Origin: Candidatus Rokuibacteriota bacterium
GTDB lineage: Bacteria; Methylomirabilota; Methylomirabilia; Rokubacteriales; CSP1-6
Length of the DNA stretch: 45,855 nucleotides
Assembly (NCBI GenBank): GCA_003220195.1
Contig: QHRT01000006.1
Location: forward strand, 1-45,855
Direction: 5' to 3'
Position numbers and translations under genes: made by a program. Below the pieces are notes generated by a model that made no database searches, was not told where the DNA came from, and was given only the letters and a program-made list of their open reading frames with translations. This document shows positions 42,912 to 45,855 of the stretch, one piece after another (the stretch's first letter is position 1; every line of letters begins with the position of its first letter).

Positions 42912-43916
42912 ATGGCGATCCCGCTCGACTATGGCAATGCCGCGGCGGAATACGACGCGGTCCGTCGCGCCGTGGGCGTCGTTGATCACAGCGGGAACGG
43001 CGTGCTCGAAGTGACCGGGCGCGACCGCGCCGCGTTCCTCCACGCGATGCTCTCGAACGACGTGAAGTCGCTCGCTGCGGGGCAGGGCTGTGCGGCCTCG
43101 CTCCTCGACGTGCACGGCAAGATCCAGACGTTCCTCTGGGTCCTCGCGCTCGAGGACCGGGTGCTCCTGTTGACGCCGCCGGGCCGCGCGCAGAGCACGA
43201 TCGACGCGCTCGATGCGTACCTCTTCTCCGAGAAGGCGTATTTTCTCGACGCGACCGGTGAATTCGCGATCCCCATGCTCGCCGGGCCCGAAGCTCCGGC
43301 ACTCGTCCATCGCCTCACCGGGGCGTCACTTCCGGACGCGCCGTGGGGCCATCTCTCCGCGTCTCTCGCCAGTGTTTCCATCCGCGTCGTGCGAGGTGGC
43401 GGTGAGACCGGTGAGCCCGAGGCCCTGCTGCTCGTGCCGGCGCCCGACGGCGAAACGGTCTGGCAGAAGGTGATCGAGGCCGGCGCCCGTCCGTTCGGGC
43501 TGGCTGCGCTCGAATCGCTCCGGATCGAAAGCGGGACGCCGGCCTTCGGTGACGACGCAGACTCGAGCGTGCTGCTGCCGGAGATCCCGTTCCTGGACAA
43601 GGTCTCGTACACCAAGGGCTGCTACGTCGGGCAGGAGGTCGTGGTCCGGATTCGCGATCGAGGTCACGTGAACCGGATGCTGCGAGGTCTCGTCCTCGAC
43701 GGCGAATCGGTGCCGACGCGGGGCGCGACGATCGTCGCCGACGGCAACGAAGCCGGGCGCGTGACGAGCGCCGCGTGGTCGTTCGGTCTCAAGCGACCGA
43801 TCGCGCTCGGCTTCGTCAAGCGCCAGCAGGCGGAGCCGGGCACGATGGTTGACGTCGTCCTGCCGGACGGCGAACGCGCGCACGCCTCCGTCTCGGCGCT
43901 GCCCTTCGCCCGCTGA
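42912..43916 (+). CDS. YgfZ/GcvT-like folate-binding protein
   Basis: Aminomethyltransferase-fold N-terminus ([26 protein letters not shown]) and the YgfZ signature [12 protein letters not shown]. The tracked ORF start at 42426 overlaps mutY and was rejected. Confidence 0.85.
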   Translation: MAIPLDYGNAAAEYDAVRRAVGVVDHSGNGVLEVTGRDRAAFLHAMLSNDVKSLAAGQGCAASLLDVHGKIQTFLWVLALEDRVLLLTPPGRAQSTIDALDAYLFSEKAYFLDATGEFAIPMLAGPEAPALVHRLTGASLPDAPWGHLSASLASVSIRVVRGGGETGEPEALLLVPAPDGETVWQKVIEAGARPFGLAALESLRIESGTPAFGDDADSSVLLPEIPFLDKVSYTKGCYVGQEVVVRIRDRGHVNRMLRGLVLDGESVPTRGATIVADGNEAGRVTSAAWSFGLKRPIALGFVKRQQAEPGTMVDVVLPDGERAHASVSALPFAR

Positions 43917-45855
43917 TGGACCACCGCGTGGCAAACCGACTCGCGCACGAAACGAGCCCGTACCTGCTCCAGCACGCCCACAACCCCGTGGACTGGTATG
44001 CGTGGGGTGAGGAAGCGTTCGCGAGCGCCCGCCGGGAGCAGAAGCCGATCTTGCTCTCCGTGGGATATTCGGCCTGCCACTGGTGCCACGTCATGGAGCG
44101 CGAGTCGTTCGAGGATCCCGAGACCGCGCGGCTCATGAACGAGCACTTCGTCAACGTGAAGGTCGACCGCGAGGAGCGGCCGGACGTCGACCAGATCTAC
44201 ATGGACGCGGTGCAGGCGATGACGGGGCACGGCGGATGGCCGATGACCGTGTTCCTCACGCCGGAGGCCGTGCCGTTCTACGGCGGCACGTACTTTCCGC
44301 CGACCGATCGTCACGGATTACCGTCATTCCGAAAATTACTGACCTCGATCGCGGATGCGTGGAGGAACCGCCGTGCCGACGTCACGAGATCGGGCGCGGA
44401 GATCACGGCGCATCTCGATCGCACCGCGCACCTGCGATCGGCGACGTCGTTCCTGACCGATCAGATCCTGTTCGAGGCGTTCCAGAGCATCTCGGCGCAG
44501 TTCGACGAGACGCACGGGGGGACGGCAGGGGCGCCGAAGTTTCCGCAGCCGATGAACTGGGAATTCGTCCTCCGCTTCTGGCGACGAACCCGGAACGAGC
44601 ATGCGCGCGACATGGCGATGACCACGCTCACGAAGATGGCGCGCGGCGGGATCTACGACCACCTCGGCGGAGGCTTCGCCCGCTATTCCGTCGACGCGCA
44701 ATGGCTCGTTCCCCACTTCGAGAAGATGCTCTACGACAACGCGCAGCTCGCGTCCCTCTATCTCCACGGCTGGCTCGCGTTCGGAGAGCCTGAATATCGG
44801 CGGATCGCCGAGGAGACGCTCGACTACATCGTCCGCGACATGACCGATCCCTCCGGCGGCTTCTACTCGTCGGAAGACGCGGACTCGGAGGGCGAGGAGG
44901 GGAAGTTCTACGTCTGGAGCGCGGACGAGATCCGTGCGGTGCTCGGGCCCGACGAGAGCCGGGCGGCGCTCGCGTACTGGGGCGTCGACCGCGGAGCGAA
45001 TTTCGAGGGCAAGAACATCCTGTACGCGGCCGGCGCGCCCGAGCCGGATCGCATCGCGGGGGCGCGCGCAAAGCTGCTCGAGGCGCGCTCGCGACGGATT
45101 CGACCGGGACGCGACGACAAGGTGCTGGCGTCGTGGAACGGGCTCGCGGCGCGCGCGTTCGCGGAGGCCGGGCGCGCGCTCGGCCGTCCGGACTACGTCG
45201 CCGTCGCCGCACGAAACGTCGCGTTCATCCTCCGCGAGATGCGGGCGGACGGCCGCTTGCTCCGGACGTGGAAGGGTGGGGTCGCGAAGCTTCGCGGGTA
45301 CCTGGAGGACCACGCGATGGTCGTGACGGCGCTCGTCGAACTGTACGAGGCGACGTTCGAGCGCCGGTGGCTCGATGAGGCGCGCGCCCTCGCCGACCAG
45401 ATGCTCGCGCTCTTCTGGGACGAGTCGACCGAAGGGTTCTACGACACGGGCAGCGATCACGAACGCCTGATCGTCAGGCCGCGCAACCTGTTCGACAACG
45501 CCGTGCCGTGCGGCGCCTCGGCGGCGACCGAGGCTCTCTTCCGTCTCTCCGTGCTGACGGGGGAGTCGCGCGACGAATCGATGGCGCTCAAAGCGCTGCG
45601 CCCGATGGCGGACTTGATGTCGCGGCATCCCACGGGCTTCGGTCGCTTTCTCTGCGCGCTCGACTTCCACCTGGGTCCGGTCGCGGAAGTGGCGCTGGTG
45701 TGGCCGCGCTCGACGGAGGGCGCGGCCGGTCTCGCAACCGAGGTCTTCGGACGCTTCATGCCGAATCGCGTGGTGGCGGGGATGGCCGAGGACGACGCCA
45801 CTGCTGCCGCCGGGATTCCATTGCTGGCCGAACGCCGGACGGTGGATGGGAAAGC
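43916..45855 (+). CDS. Thioredoxin-domain protein of the YyaL/DUF255 family (N-terminal thioredoxin-like + (alpha/alpha)6 domain), 3' end outside window
   Basis: ATG 43916 overlaps the previous stop. [82 protein letters not shown] hand-checked this frame as stop-free over ~44280-44900 and it reads as continuous YyaL-like sequence near the window end; the rest was not scanned codon by codon. It is absent from the ORF track because it has no stop. Confidence 0.9.
   Translation, partial: MDHRVANRLAHETSPYLLQHAHNPVDWYAWGEEAFASARREQKPILLSVGYSACHWCHVMERESFEDPETARLMNEHFVNVKVDREERPDVDQIYMDAVQAMTGHGGWPMTVFLTPEAVPFYGGTYFPPTDRHGLPSFRKLLTSIADAWRNRRADVTRSGAEITAHLDRTAHLRSATSFLTDQILFEAFQSISAQFDETHGGTAGAPKFPQPMNWEFVLRFWRRTRNEHARDMAMTTLTKMARGGIYDHLGGGFARYSVDAQWLVPHFEKMLYDNAQLASLYLHGWLAFGEPEYRRIAEETLDYIVRDMTDPSGGFYSSEDADSEGEEGKFYVWSADEIRAVLGPDESRAALAYWGVDRGANFEGKNILYAAGAPEPDRIAGARAKLLEARSRRIRPGRDDKVLASWNGLAARAFAEAGRALGRPDYVAVAARNVAFILREMRADGRLLRTWKGGVAKLRGYLEDHAMVVTALVELYEATFERRWLDEARALADQMLALFWDESTEGFYDTGSDHERLIVRPRNLFDNAVPCGASAATEALFRLSVLTGESRDESMALKALRPMADLMSRHPTGFGRFLCALDFHLGPVAEVALVWPRSTEGAAGLATEVFGRFMPNRVVAGMAEDDATAAAGIPLLAERRTVDGK

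Noticed and set aside
41782-43302. 506-aa minus-strand ORF spanning mutT, mutY and the ygfZ 5' region
   Set aside because: Only the last 130 aa (the Nudix protein) look real. The upstream 376 aa are Arg/Pro/Ala-rich and overlap mutY, which is read in another frame and has full MutY motifs.

Overview
Very high-G+C bacterial chromosomal window, probably from an uncultured soil or sediment lineage; phylum cannot be fixed from sequence alone. It is densely coded, mostly on the + strand, and many genes are translationally coupled through ATGA/GTGA overlaps. I support about 51 protein-coding loci and one tRNA-Val(CAC). I see no rRNA, CRISPR array, transposase or integrase.

Layout:
- 1-9.6 kb: housekeeping block. 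SPOR-hpt, ftsH, folP, cdaA, a short cdaR-like gene, glmM, acpS, nnr, tsaE, radC.
- 9.6-11.3 kb: a less GC-rich non-coding patch and a divergent dihydroorotate-dehydrogenase-like gene.
- 11.3-22.3 kb: the most interesting part, an accessory type II PKS/FAS-like locus.
- 22.3-27.7 kb: tRNA-Val followed by a heterogeneous patch. Orphan TAXI binding protein, frameshifted ExeA-like ATPase, NYN/LabA-like nuclease, secreted protein, PHP phosphoesterase, MqnA/MqnD-family protein.
- 27.9-33.7 kb: sugar-type ABC importer without an ATPase, ComEA-like protein, hot-dog dehydratase pair plus a beta-lactamase-fold hydrolase.
- 33.8-45.9 kb: disrupted ilvD, methyltransferase, queG, def, a five-gene coupled operon of poorly characterised proteins, mutT/mutY (minus strand), ygfZ-like, and a 3'-truncated YyaL-like thioredoxin-domain gene.

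The 11.3-22.3 kb locus holds two active ketosynthases, each followed by a catalytically dead KS homologue, around a single ACP. It is operonic with a GT2 glycosyltransferase, a flavin-dependent halogenase (WxWxIP motif present), a MacB/FtsX-type ABC exporter and an ArnE-like small membrane protein. It is convergent with a NodB deacetylase and a GT28 lipid glycosyltransferase.

Several genes carry indel-like lesions or lack a usable start: ilvD, the ExeA-like gene, the FtsX permease N-terminus, the MqnD-like start, and the SPOR-hpt in-frame join. These may be real decay or assembly errors. Many long antisense ORFs in the track are high-GC artefacts and were rejected.
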